Part shown: in pieces, positions 1-10,776 of the stretch | Numbering within the stretch: position 1 is the stretch's first letter | Layout: every line of letters starts with the position of its first letter | Assembly (NCBI GenBank): GCA_013115145.1 | Contig: JAAPAO010000318.1 | Span: forward strand, 1 to 40,119 | Direction: 5' to 3' | DNA from: Perkinsus chesapeaki ATCC PRA-425 | Lineage: Eukaryota; Protista; Perkinsozoa | DNA: 40,119 nucleotides | Program-made: the position numbers and the translations under genes | Notes under the pieces: model-generated | Seen by the model: the letters and a program-made list of their open reading frames with translations, nothing else | Told to the model about the DNA's origin: nothing | Database searches by the model: none

Positions 1-252
1 CACACACCCAAACTCCTTTTTATAAGGCTTATTAATATATTCTTGTGGTTGGTTGCACCGAGACCGTCCACAGTGTCTAAACTCTGTCGCTCGCCACGAA
101 ATTCTGCGCTGTTGCTCCGCCCATCTCCGCAAGATTTATTGTCAACTCTCTGTTGTTTCATACAGAGGAATCGGCGAGGTGAAACTCATGTTTGATTTAT
201 CGAACGACTTTTAACTTTATGCTATCCCAAGGCAAGTTACTCGTAAAAACTA

Positions 253-2306
253 ATGGCCACCAACTCCGCTGTAGAGGACCAAATCCTGGCCATGGTCAGT
301 GTAGCCGATAAGAGGGTTCGTGCCATGGATGAGGTAATATGAGTCCTCCGATCATCAAACGATGATGCCTGTAGGCGGCTGCTCAAGCTGATTTCGACAG
401 TGCCCCGACTCCGAGACTGTGGAGCAAGGACAGTAGGGAGGGGTGAAACCATTCGACCTCTATTAGTATCTTTTTAGTGCCGCACATGAAGCTCGGTGCC
501 ACGGTTGCTGTTGGCTCTACTCCCGAAGATAAGCTCACTGAAGAGTACCCTTTTGTCTCATAAACATTGCCTACTATATTCCATCAGGTATTTTGCCGGT
601 CTTCTCAGTGGTGGTGCCTCGATGATAGTTCTCGACATCTCCAAAGGTGTTTTCACCGAGGGCGGTAGGAAGCCCTTCCTGGCTCTATATATCTATTCTG
701 ATTAGTTGACCCCCAGGCCCTTGTTGACAAGCTCAACATGTGCGTTCAGAAAATTAGTAAGCCGAATGCTTTCTGAAGGCAGTGCGGTTATTGCCTTTTG
801 TAGGAGCTGCCGGAAAGGGCACCGGAATGAACCGTCCCTTCTCCCTCGCTCTAGCGGTCGCCAACAACGAACTAGCTAAACTCTGCGTCACGAAGGTTGC
901 CATCCCTCGAGGGATCGGTGCTGTTATTATTCCACCTGTCCGTACTGGTGCTGAAGTTACAGCATTCAGGAGCTCAGTTTTGGGCATGCGTGGAAGAAGG
1001 ATTAAGATATATGTAAATGCCGGTGTTTCGGAAAGTTTAATTACTGCTCCAGGTGCACACCACTACCACCAAGAACATTGAGGACTTCCTTCCTACTGTG
1101 GACGGAATCGTAACACCTACAAATCTTCATCAGTATTACTATGCTTAGGTTGTCCCTCCTTCGACCGTGAATTACCGCAGTGTTTGCGCCTGTGCCAATA
1201 TGGCTGGGAAGCTGGTAGGCTATCGGCGTCCTTGTATGGGCCTAGTAGGTGTTTTCAGGTTTTCACGGATTGCACAGGCTCTCCTGTTGGTAATCTCATG
1301 GCGGCTGTTTCTGTACAGAGTGATACTGCTTTGGTAGGTCAGGTTGTGAGTTGTGGGAAATTTGGTATTATTTCAGTTAACGGATGATAAATCATCTCAT
1401 GCAGCAGCCGCCACCCATACATTAGAGGAACAGGTGAGCACTCCGCTGCTAATAGCCGTTTTGAAGGAAATAATATTATCAATGGAAAGCTCATCAATGG
1501 ACTCTAAGAGAAGCTCGATGTTGAAATTGTTGTAGGCGGCCACGGCAGGCGTAACCTTCTCTGGACCTGTGAGAACCAATACGGTGGTTGGTGCAGTGGT
1601 TGAAAAGGCCATAGCTATGCAGGCCGATGACAGTAACAACGCAAAGCTCATCGTGGTAGGACTGCTCTAGATGACAAGTGTGCCGCTGGTTCCTCTACTT
1701 AGGCATTTTCGGATGATGGGGCGAGTGCGGCCTCTTTGTCAAGGATGAGACCTTCATGCAAGGTGAGGAGTTTCCTCATTTCTGCCCGCTTAAGCTATCG
1801 ATACGCACTGGGCTGCCTTAGTTGGCCTCTTTCGGCTCACGTTGCTTTTTTCTGTATATAGTGGGATATTCATACTTTTCCAGCTAACACTCCAGTCTTC
1901 CTGCGTGATAATCCACCCTAGAGTCGGTGGCCGACATGTACCAATACTTGCTCGTTGGTCAGATTTTGGCGATGTCCGCCTCGGAGGCGATAATAAACCT
2001 CTTTACCACTCTTTGGGGCGTTGAGCCTCTCCAGACAGCAAGGTACCATCCTTGTGTCCTCCAAGGCCCCCCTATAGCACTTAATGTAGTTACCAGTCGG
2101 CCGAGGCGGTGATACAGAACGTAAAGGACTTCTGTAAGGAGACTGGGCTTGCTGCTTCGGGTAGGGTACCAGTGCTTAGCCTGCCCTTAGTGTTCTTGAC
2201 AGGTACCTATATTGTTGTCGTTCGCCCGATCCCATCGACGGCCACATTCGACGAGATTGAGGACTTGGACGTATTTGTTGACCTCGTGGAGGTAGGGAGG
2301 TTTTAA
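253..2306 (+). CDS. Pyruvate kinase-fold protein, divergent, B domain absent, probably catalytically inactive (~15 exons, ~400 aa)
   Basis: Manual splicing gives one open frame: MATNSAVEDQ...KLGATVAVGSTPEDKLTEEYFAGLLSGGASMIVLDISKG...RPFSLALAVANNELAK...RGIGAVIIPPVRTGAEVTAFRSSVLGMRGRRIKIY|VHTTTTKNIEDFLPTVDGI|VVPPST...CACANMAGKL|VFTD...NAKLIV|AFSDDGASAASLSRMRPSCK|ILAMSASEAIINLFTTLWGVEPL...VIQNVKDFCKETGLAASG|TYIVVV. These blocks are colinear with the pyruvate kinase A barrel and C domain. Stop may be 2326 if a last 29-nt intron is used. Confidence 0.75.
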
Positions 2307-2554
2307 AGAAATTAGATTAGGTTTGACGGCGGAAATTAGGTATGATTTTAAAGAAGTAGTTCGCCGGCCTCGGGCCGCATACATTTTTTTGTGTAAACAG
2401 TTGGCAGTTACTCAGTAGATGCTCATGAGCCTGGAGAGAAATGGTTATGAGGTTTTTCATAAGCTTGCGGTCTCGCCAACGTGCCTTGAGTTCTAGTGCT
2501 AAGCTCGAGATTTCCTTGGCCATCACAGTAAAGAGCTGAATAGGATTTTCTATA

Positions 2555-5500
2555 ATGCTCCCAAGGACAAGAGCTCTCACTCATCTGCTCGGCCAGACCA
2601 AAGCTCTCCCAGCTGCAACGGCGGCGGGTTCGAGGATGATATGTCAACGACGAAATAATTCTTCCTTCATTAGACAGGTGAGAAAGGCAAAGGGATAGGG
2701 AGGTGAGGGGTAATGGTGCAGGTTATGGAACAAGTGCGGCGAGAGGCTGAGAACGATCCTAAATTAAAGAAGGCATTTGAGGAGGTCGAAAAGACAGCAT
2801 CTCGGGTAGTACTATTGGGGAATATCTGTGTGGTGTGGATGTGGCTGGTACAGGTGACAGAGACTAATGAACAGCTACGAGCGAAGGCTGAGGCGCAAGA
2901 GGCTAAGTTGGCGGCGATGCGAGATAAAATGCAAAGTGCTAAGTAATGCGGGAATCGTTGGTGGAGCAGAGGGGTGATGGATTGTGTGATAGAGATCGAA
3001 CTAAGAGCCTTTATGAGGAGTTACGAAAACATATGCCTGAAGGCGGCCCGGTTGGTGGTGATACAGCGAACAGTGCGTCCACTGCAGCACGTAAGAGGGC
3101 GGTGGTTGGGCAGGACCGGTAGGGAAGTGTTAAAGTGGATTTGGGACTGTTGGGGAATGGAATGCATTGGAGGTTTTACACGCGTTAAAACCCTTCGATG
3201 TTGTACCACATGGGTCTAGGAACACTTCAGGGCTCTTGACGAACACGTACGCATGCGGTTGGATGAATAGTTGGCTGTATGGTTTTGTCGGGAGGCATTT
3301 CGCTACATCGAGCACATTATTTGGGTATGTTAGATGGGAATGTGATAGTTGATAATGTTATTTATAAGGAATAGGTGGGAATGTGATGGTTTAATAATGT
3401 TATTTATAGGGAATAGGTGGGAATGTGATAGTTGATAATGTTATTTATAGGGAATAGGTGGGAATGTGATAGTTGATAATGTTATTTATAGGGAATAGGT
3501 GGGAATGNNNNNNNNNNNNNNNNNNNNNNNNNNNNNNNNNNNNNNNNNNNNNNNNNNNNNNNNNNNNNNNNNNNNNNNNNNNNNNNNNNNNNNNNNNNNN
3601 NNNNNNNTGATAGTTTAATAATGTTATTTATAGGGTATAGGTGGGAATGNNNNNNNNNNNNNNNNNNNNNNNNNNNNNNNNNNNNNNNNNNNNNNNNNNN
3701 NNNNNNNNNNNNNNNNNNNNNNNNNNNNNNNNNNNNNNNNNNNNNNNATTTATAGGGAATAGGTGGGAATGTGATAGTTTAATAATGTTATTTATAGGGA
3801 ATAGGTGGGAATGTGATAGTTTAATAATGTTATTTATAGGGAATAGGTGGGAATGTGATAGTTTAATAATGTTATTTATAGGGACACCGGAGTGGATGAA
3901 GCCTGTTTTGGAGCAGTTGTCGATAGTTAGTAGCAAGGCGCGGGAGGCCACTTCGACGGTGAGGATTCATCACGGTTTATCTTGCGTATTTGTGTTGGTG
4001 TAGTTTGTGGACAAGGCAAGTGGATTTACAAAAATGATGGATAAGGAGAGCTCGCAAGGTGTAGAAGAAAGACTTAAAGAATTCCAGCGAACACAGGCGG
4101 TAGGCAAATTCTTGCGCGCCCTCTAATTCGCTGCTTATGCTTAGGCCATGAGAGATTTAGAGAAGGAGAAGGAGCTTCGTGAGAAGGCTGCTGTGGATCC
4201 CACGGTATGCTTTGTCTGCCCTGGAGGGTCGTTGTTTCGCATCACATTATCCATTATTTCTCACTCAGCCATTTTCATTCGTTTCGCACTGCGGAGCCGA
4301 TTCTGGACTTGGCAAATTTCCGAACGAAGATTTCGGAAATTTTAGATTTCTTCAAATTCCACGTGTGGAGATGATGAACTTGCATTTTTTGTGTTGACAG
4401 GCGCAGCCCGTGCCCGAGAATCCTCATGGGTCAGCTTTGGTGGTGTCGGACAGGGCACAGTCTACTTGGGAGAGATTTGGCTTTACATCCAGCGAAGACT
4501 CGAAGTTCTTGGGAGGCTTCTTTGAGAATCCTATGGTTGACAGGTAGGCAGTCGGCGGCGAGTATGTAGAGTAAAGGGAAGGCTTGCAGGATTTTTGGGG
4601 AGACAGAGGTTGCACAATCCATACGGGAGATGAAGGAAATCGACCCCAACTTCCGGCTTTCCCAGATGGCAGAGGATATTGAACACGTTGTGGCGCCAAG
4701 GATAATAAGCTGGTATCTCGAGGTGATAAGGCGGGGTGGAGTCGGTGCTATATGCGATTAGTGCTGTGTGATGGGGCCCTTGTTTCCAGTATTGTTGATC
4801 TGTCTCTAATTCGAAAGATGAATGTAAACCTAGGCAGGTGCACGGTGTGGCATTTATATTCGGCATCTCCTAATTTCCTCTGTTGGAGAGTGTAATTAGT
4901 TTTTATAATAATTTTCTTCACTCGAGCACCACCAAAACATACCCGCGAGTATAGAGCATGATTATTGGGATACAGTAGCAAGTCTCAGTCGGCCGGTTTT
5001 AGGGTGACGTTGAGCGGCTAGAGGCCCATTGTGGAGAGGCTGCCTTCGCTGCGGTAAACGCATCGGTGAAGGCACGGCATACACAGAAGTTGACACTGGA
5101 TACCAATATACTGCAGGTGGGAGCTTGAGTAACTATACGGTGATGAGATTATTGGTAGGGGCCGGTCGATGTTGAATTGAAGGGAGCCAAGACGGCTTCT
5201 GAAGTCGATTCTCCTTGTTTTATCTTTACCTTCTCAACACAGCAAGTGAATTGCCTTCGGAATGAGTTCGGTAAGTTTGGCGGATCGAAGAGGTCAGAGA
5301 GGTATATTGTAGGTGAGGTAGTAGAAGGAGCTGTGGATGACATTAGAAGGGTCTTCTATGCGATGGCTGTACAGAAGCATCCTGAGCCTGATACACCGGT
5401 AAGGAGGGGCCACATTCCTATCCGTTCTTTGCTATTCGTTCTCTATTTAAATCCGATTGGCTTACTGAAGGTGTGGATTTGCCTGTTTTATTTCGTAAGG

Positions 5501-5677
5501 ATTGCCAAAGTATCCGTTAGTGTCTGATGCATTTGCTCGACTAGTGCCTGTAGTTGGGTTCTGCTCCTTTTGTTCCCTGTGAACATTGTTATTGTTGATA
5601 ATGGTTCTCTTTAGAATTTGGAGCATCCTTGGCGGATCCAAGAGCTTGCGATAATAGGCAACCAGCCATCGTGGTGA
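2555..5677 (+). CDS. TIM44: Mitochondrial import inner membrane translocase subunit Tim44 (multi-exon)
   Basis: Basic presequence MLPRTRALTHLL...; exons SFIRQ|VMEQVRREAENDPKLKKAFEEVE; ALVVSDRAQSTWERFG...FFENPMVD; REMKEIDPNFRL; GDVERLEAHCGEAAF; FIFTFSTQQVNCLRN; EGAVDDIRRVFYAMAVQKHP; final exon NLEHPWRIQELAIIGNQPSW*. Confidence 0.9.
3336..3881 (+). repeat. 41/42-bp tandem minisatellite inside a Tim44 intron
   Basis: Unit GGGAATGTGATAGTT(T/-)(A/G)ATAATGTTATTTATAGGGAATAGGT, about 8-9 copies visible, interrupted by N gaps; no spacers between units. Confidence 0.95.
3508..3747. other. Two assembly gaps (N runs 3508-3607 and 3650-3747)
   Basis: Runs of N inside the minisatellite, so true copy number is unresolved. 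Confidence 0.98.
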
Positions 5678-6474
5678 TTCTAACGGTAAGATCTTCACCC
5701 ACGCACCCCCACTCGATGCACAGTGTTATCACCAGGTTTATTGGGAAACATTTTTCCGAAGTAGAAAGTACTGATGGTGACACTCGGTGCTCTTTCACGT
5801 AGCTACTTACCGTTTCAGATTTTATGCGAATGCAGAGGTTTTGAGTTTTTGTGACTGATAACTGAGTAACTTGTGTATGGTTGCTTGGAGCCGCTGTTCG
5901 CTCCGACACATCACCCTTGACACCAATCTTACAATATATTTCATATACACATGTGTTATAGCCACCGTTATAAGTTTAGCAGTAGGCTACAAGCGACTTT
6001 GGAATACGTATTAGCCTTATTGGCGTTACCGAGCCATAGCATTATTAGAGACGCGGAAATCCACCTGGACTTGGCGATATTCCTTAAGGACTTCCTTTTC
6101 ACACTGAACTTGTTGATTGGCGTGTATACATCCCAGCTTAGGTTGCAAACCAATACAGGGGTGTCGGGTGGGAGTAATCGACACCGAGTTCAATTGTACG
6201 CATTCGAGCGAATAGATTTAGCAAGTTGAGAGTTGTTGGCGATTTTCCGGTTAGGTGACCATCATATCTCTCCTCACGGTTGGCCTTTTTAATATAGCTA
6301 TAGCGCCTCGTTTGCGACCTATAGGCTCATTCTATCCATATAATTAGTGTTGGAGTAGATCATGGAGGGAGGTCACTGAATCCTTATCAATAGTGCTATT
6401 CGATTGCTGAGGGACCGGCAGACTGCTATTTCCTCGGGGCATCCTGGATAAGAGAACAGCTGTCAGTTGTGGCA

Positions 6475-8740
6475 ATGTTGTCTTCCTTACGATCAGCAGC
6501 CGCTCGACAGAGCTTAGGCCGGCGAATGGACCATCTTAGAGGCTTCGCCGCCCAGGCACGGCATGACAAGAAGAATCTCTACGAAGTAAGGCGAGGATTC
6601 ATGGGATGGTCTGATGTATGGTGTCTGACAGATCCTTGGAATTGAACAGAAGGCTTCGGGAGAGGAGGTTAAGCAAGCTTATAGAGACATGGCGAAGAAG
6701 TGGCATCCCGATCGGAATCCTGACGACCCTCTGGCAGGCGACAGGTTTAAAGAGGTACGCTTTTTGTTGTTGTTGTATTGGCAGTTGATTGGTTAATGGT
6801 TTATTAGGTTTGTGAGGCATATGCTACATTGGGTAATCAATGGAAGCGAACCATTTATGACCAGGACATGCAGTTTGGATCGGCGCTGGATAGTCAGGTG
6901 ATGAGTTAGAGGAGGCTTACTTAACATTAGAAGCCACTTTGCTTAAGTATACGACATCTATAGTACATGTAGTATACTGGGCTATATAATCGCTATCTCA
7001 ATTCGTAGTGGACATATTACTGGTATGAGTTTGAGCCCTTTATGGTTGTCTGTCCAAGGTGTGGTAACTTACCACTGGTAAGGTTCTTATTGATGTCTAT
7101 AGTACTACCTTGGGACAACATTAACAATCGTACTTGTCAGTATCGACCATCTATGGGATCTTTGCTCAATACACCTCAAGCATGCGCTCTCATACTACTA
7201 GTTGTGTACTTATATTTGATTATGGTAATAGTGGATCTATTACTCGCTACTTTAACTCGTTTACCCATACTCAGTAATACTATGGGCATGCTATACCTGA
7301 TGCTCTATTGATTTATTATTATATATTGGTTAGCTGCATGATCATTTTCAGTGAGACTGTCGCATATCTCTCTTCTGAACTTTGAGATACCTTGAATTTG
7401 AAATAAAGAGAGATTAATGACGATATTTAGATGCGTATTAAGTATCGGAAATTTCTAGTGTCCAGTGTCAACTTCACATTCTCTATGTGTCCTGTATTTT
7501 TAGGCGAAAGGTGAGGATTGGAAGGAGCACTATAATAAAGAGACACCCGAGCAAAGGAATGCCCGCCGAGAGCGATATCGACGGTACGCAATGCAGCTTT
7601 GTAGCCTCACTGTTGCTCGTATACTATTGGTATTAGGCAAGGAAATAATTCAGCGTAGTGTATCCGAAAGTGCGTGTTGAAATCCTGTGGAATGGGTGTC
7701 GACGTCGCACACGATCCTTTCACAGAGAAGTCTCTCCGCCGGAGAGACTTCGGCGAGTCTTCGGAGAGCTGCTGTTGATTATCGCGCTGGCTGTAGCTTA
7801 TAACCTTGTAGGTACGCCAAAGGAGAGCGTAATGATGTACCACAGGATGACATGTCGTTGTCTATGATGATCAAGTTGTTTATTGCCGTACCGGTTGTAG
7901 TGTAAGTTAGCTGCTTTTTATGGAACTTATGCTCCTTTCCTGTCTCAGTTGGATAGGGTGTATTCTAGCCCCGGAGTTCGGGCCCGGTGAGAAGCCTTCC
8001 GAGCCATCACGCAATGATCCGGGCTTCGATGACAAATCCGTGCCACTCACTCGAGCGTATGCCTGCGGCTTTATGGACATGCATCTTTGTTATTCAGATT
8101 TTATAATCCTATTTTGGAGAGATGGGAGAAGTTGAAAGGTGTAGAGGAGCCTCCAGATCCGGAGAAGTTCTATGACGTAAACTTCCGTCTGCTGTGCAAT
8201 ATATTCTTTCACCATGCATCCGATGTGTCAATTTTCATCCTATTTAATCGCCACTTCAGTGTGGCAATAGTTCTCCTCATTTGACTTTGGAAAATTCCTC
8301 ACCGTGCGAGATTTCTCCTGCGAGATACGCGAATCGGCTCCCCGAGATTTCTCCAAAGCTTTCTCTTCTTGCTAAAATATATAAGTGTTATCTACTAGGT
8401 AACCATGCATATATTTCGTCACTGTCATTTCAAACTGAGTAACGTAGTGCTGTACAGTATTCTTTATAGAACATGCTCTCACAACTCTTCAGGTATACGA
8501 GAAGAATAGCTCTTATGCCAGGCGAACGATGGACAGAGATTACCTGCCTCAGAACAAGCTAACTGTCTTAAACGTACCTAAAACTAAGGTTCACGAGCCA
8601 TCAGTGTCCGTTGACGGTGAGCAACATTGTTGATGATTGATAATGTGATTAGTGCTGATGTAGATTCTGGAGAAGTAACACCCAACAACCGCAGCTTTTA
8701 TGAAGGAGTTGCTGCGGCTGCTATGAAAGAGAAAAAATAA
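6475..8740 (+). CDS. DnaJ (J-domain) protein with predicted mitochondrial presequence and a short hydrophobic segment (multi-exon)
   Basis: MLSSLRSAAARQSLGRRMDHLRGFAAQARHDKKNLYE|ILGIEQKASGEEVKQAYRDMAKKWHPDRNPDDPLAGDRFKE|VCEAYATLGNQWKRTIYD: a J domain with an intact HPD motif. Downstream exons are less certain; plausible last exon DSGEVTPNNRSFYEGVAAAAMKEKK*. Confidence 0.8.
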
Positions 8741-9128
8741 TTATTGTCACGTTTGAATTTGATAATGTACATTGCAGAGCGAGAGCTCGGCTGTGGAACG
8801 TAGGACGTTTCCGAGTATCTTTATGTCGAGTTGGAACTAAGCGATCAGAATGCGACGACCTCTGCTATGCTGCTATGTTGGTACATGTGTCGCGTACCTT
8901 CTCTTGGAGTACTGTCGGTCATCTGAGAGAGCGTAAGATACTACTGCAGGATGATGTGAAGGATTTACTTGCTCTAGAGGCGGTTAACTCTCGGGAGTTG
9001 TCGTATTTTTCCCTGTGACCGGAAGGCGGAGCGAAGCGATTCATGTATTGCATTTTTCGACGTGAAGTGCGGCCGCGGCGTCGACGGCGTTTATTGTAGA
9101 GTTCCTGTGTTACTCTTATCTGTTATTA

Positions 9129-10055
9129 ATGAATCTTATCCTATTCGAAGAGTCTGAGCTTGAGTATCCCTCCTCCTCCTCCACAACAGCAGCAACTGGC
9201 AGTAGTCAATCTACCGCAGAGGACTCCAAGGAGACCATCGCATATGTTGGGCTCCCGTCGTCGGATGCACGAACGAAGCATGTCCAAAAGGTCCTCAAGA
9301 GCGAGCCTGGCGATTGGATACGAGCTGGTGTCATTGATGGGCCATTGTGCTCTGTTATGGTTGAGGAATCTTCTCTTGAACTCGGGGTTAAATTCCGGAT
9401 TGACTTCGAGGCCCCTATTCAAGGTGCTGGTGCGGAGGCTGGCTCCATGGCCGATCCTGGGGTAGATCTGATCCTCTGTGCCCCGAGACCAAAGGTCATG
9501 GCTCGCCTTTGGCCTACTATCGCTCAATTAGGTGTCAAACGCATTTGTATTATTACTGCGGAGCGAGTCGAAAAGGCTTTCTGGGCGACACATGTACTCC
9601 GACCGGAATTCTACCGACCTTTGCTGCTGAAGGGTTTAGAGCAAGCCAGCGTCGACACTACCCCCACGAAGGTCTCAGTGCACCCGAAGTCTTTTGAAAG
9701 ATTCCTCAACGGCGAGCTGGAGCGTTCCTTTCCCACTGACAAGTACTGCAGGTTAGTGTGTCACCCTTACGATGGTTGTAGCCAGCTCCATGAAGCCGTG
9801 ATTGATGCTGTTAAATGTAGTGGCGGTGATGAGCCTAAGCGGGTAGTGTTGGCCTTGGGCCCGGAAGGAGGCTGGCTGGACTATGAGATCGAGATGCTTC
9901 GGGAAAGGAGCTTCCAATGCGTCACCACCATGCCCAGGATATTCAGCACGGATGTAGCTTTGACCTCATTGGTGTCTGTAGCGGCCGATGCTAGAAGATA
10001 CGCTTTATGCTGTCGAGAGGGGGAGGATGTTTCTGAAGAGATGGAACGTAAATGA
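9129..10055 (+). CDS. rsmE: 16S rRNA m3U1498 methyltransferase RsmE-like SPOUT protein, intronless
   Basis: 308-aa ORF with HVQKVLK, LILCAPRPKVMARLWPTIAQLGVKRI, AERVEK, GLEQA, LALGPEGGW and PRIFSTDVA, the RsmE SPOUT motifs. Confidence 0.9.
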   Translation: MNLILFEESELEYPSSSSTTAATGSSQSTAEDSKETIAYVGLPSSDARTKHVQKVLKSEPGDWIRAGVIDGPLCSVMVEESSLELGVKFRIDFEAPIQGAGAEAGSMADPGVDLILCAPRPKVMARLWPTIAQLGVKRICIITAERVEKAFWATHVLRPEFYRPLLLKGLEQASVDTTPTKVSVHPKSFERFLNGELERSFPTDKYCRLVCHPYDGCSQLHEAVIDAVKCSGGDEPKRVVLALGPEGGWLDYEIEMLRERSFQCVTTMPRIFSTDVALTSLVSVAADARRYALCCREGEDVSEEMERK

Positions 10056-10478
10056 AATGTACTGTTCTAGTTTGGAGGTGTTGTTGTGTTGCCTACTATG
10101 GTGGGAGGGTGTTCGGTATAGTTATCGAAGATGAGCTCTCAAGGCTGTGGATATTATTGGTTTGCGAATCATAGGTCGACGGATTGGCATGCAAAGGAGA
10201 TTATACGAGACAGTCGGCAGAAAAGTGCAAAAGATTATAAGCGGAGCGATGTAATGGGGAAGTTCATCAGGCTGGTATCCTTGAGGAATGGCGACAGTCG
10301 GAATATAGGACCCTCTATAGAGCATATCGGCGTCAGGCTCCACGTTGGACACGAACTATCCTCTCGAGACTCTTTGCTCCCTCCACAGGTGCATTCTCCC
10401 CGTTTAAGAAGGACCCGAAGCATAGACAGTAGTTTAGTTCCACCAGCTGGTCTCTATAGTGGCCATCCAGTACCACAT

Positions 10479-10548
10479 GACGCTATAACTAAATTCGGCC
10501 TTACCTGCCCAAGGTAGTAGGTCGTGGGTTCGATCCCTGGTCACTTCA
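10479..10548 (+). pseudogene. Degenerate tRNA-like element with intact B box
   Basis: GGTTCGATCCC at 10527-10537; possible anticodon hairpin TTACC-TGCCCAA-GGTAG; degenerate A-box-like TATAACTAAATTCGG; acceptor stem does not pair. Confidence 0.4.
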
Positions 10549-10776
10549 CCTTTAAGATTCTGGCGTGAAGATGAGCCACGGTGTATGGTAACAAGCCATG
10601 GTCTGTCGCGTCGATGGATGAGCGTGAAGTATAACTCGCCTGTTTGGGAGGGGCGTCGGGCTGCCTCGGTGGTTAAGCATGGAAGGGCCTAATGTCTTCG
10701 TTGTTATTGCTGTTATTGTTGTGGAGTTGCGTTCAACATGGTACACGGATAATGTAGTTGTTACTGTTGGTCCACA

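Noticed and set aside
3336-3881. CRISPR-like array or FIGNRWECDSLIML repeat protein (ORFs 3628-3951 and 3641-4003)
   Set aside because: Units are head-to-tail with no spacers, alternate between 41 and 42 bp (breaking frame) and lie inside a Tim44 intron of a eukaryote.
5700-6400. Possible small gene between Tim44 and the J protein (ORFs 5589-5909, 5951-6229, 5968-6153)
   Set aside because: No consistent spliced frame or recognisable motif could be assembled on either strand.
6945-7330. Mitochondrial insertion (cox1/cob NUMT) or retrotransposon integrase remnant
   Set aside because: No diagnostic cox1, cob or integrase motifs could be aligned convincingly in any frame; only the compositional anomaly is reported.
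10131-10517. 128-aa ORF between rsmE and Imp4
   Set aside because: No recognisable domain, signal or splice pattern; it overlaps the tRNA-like remnant.
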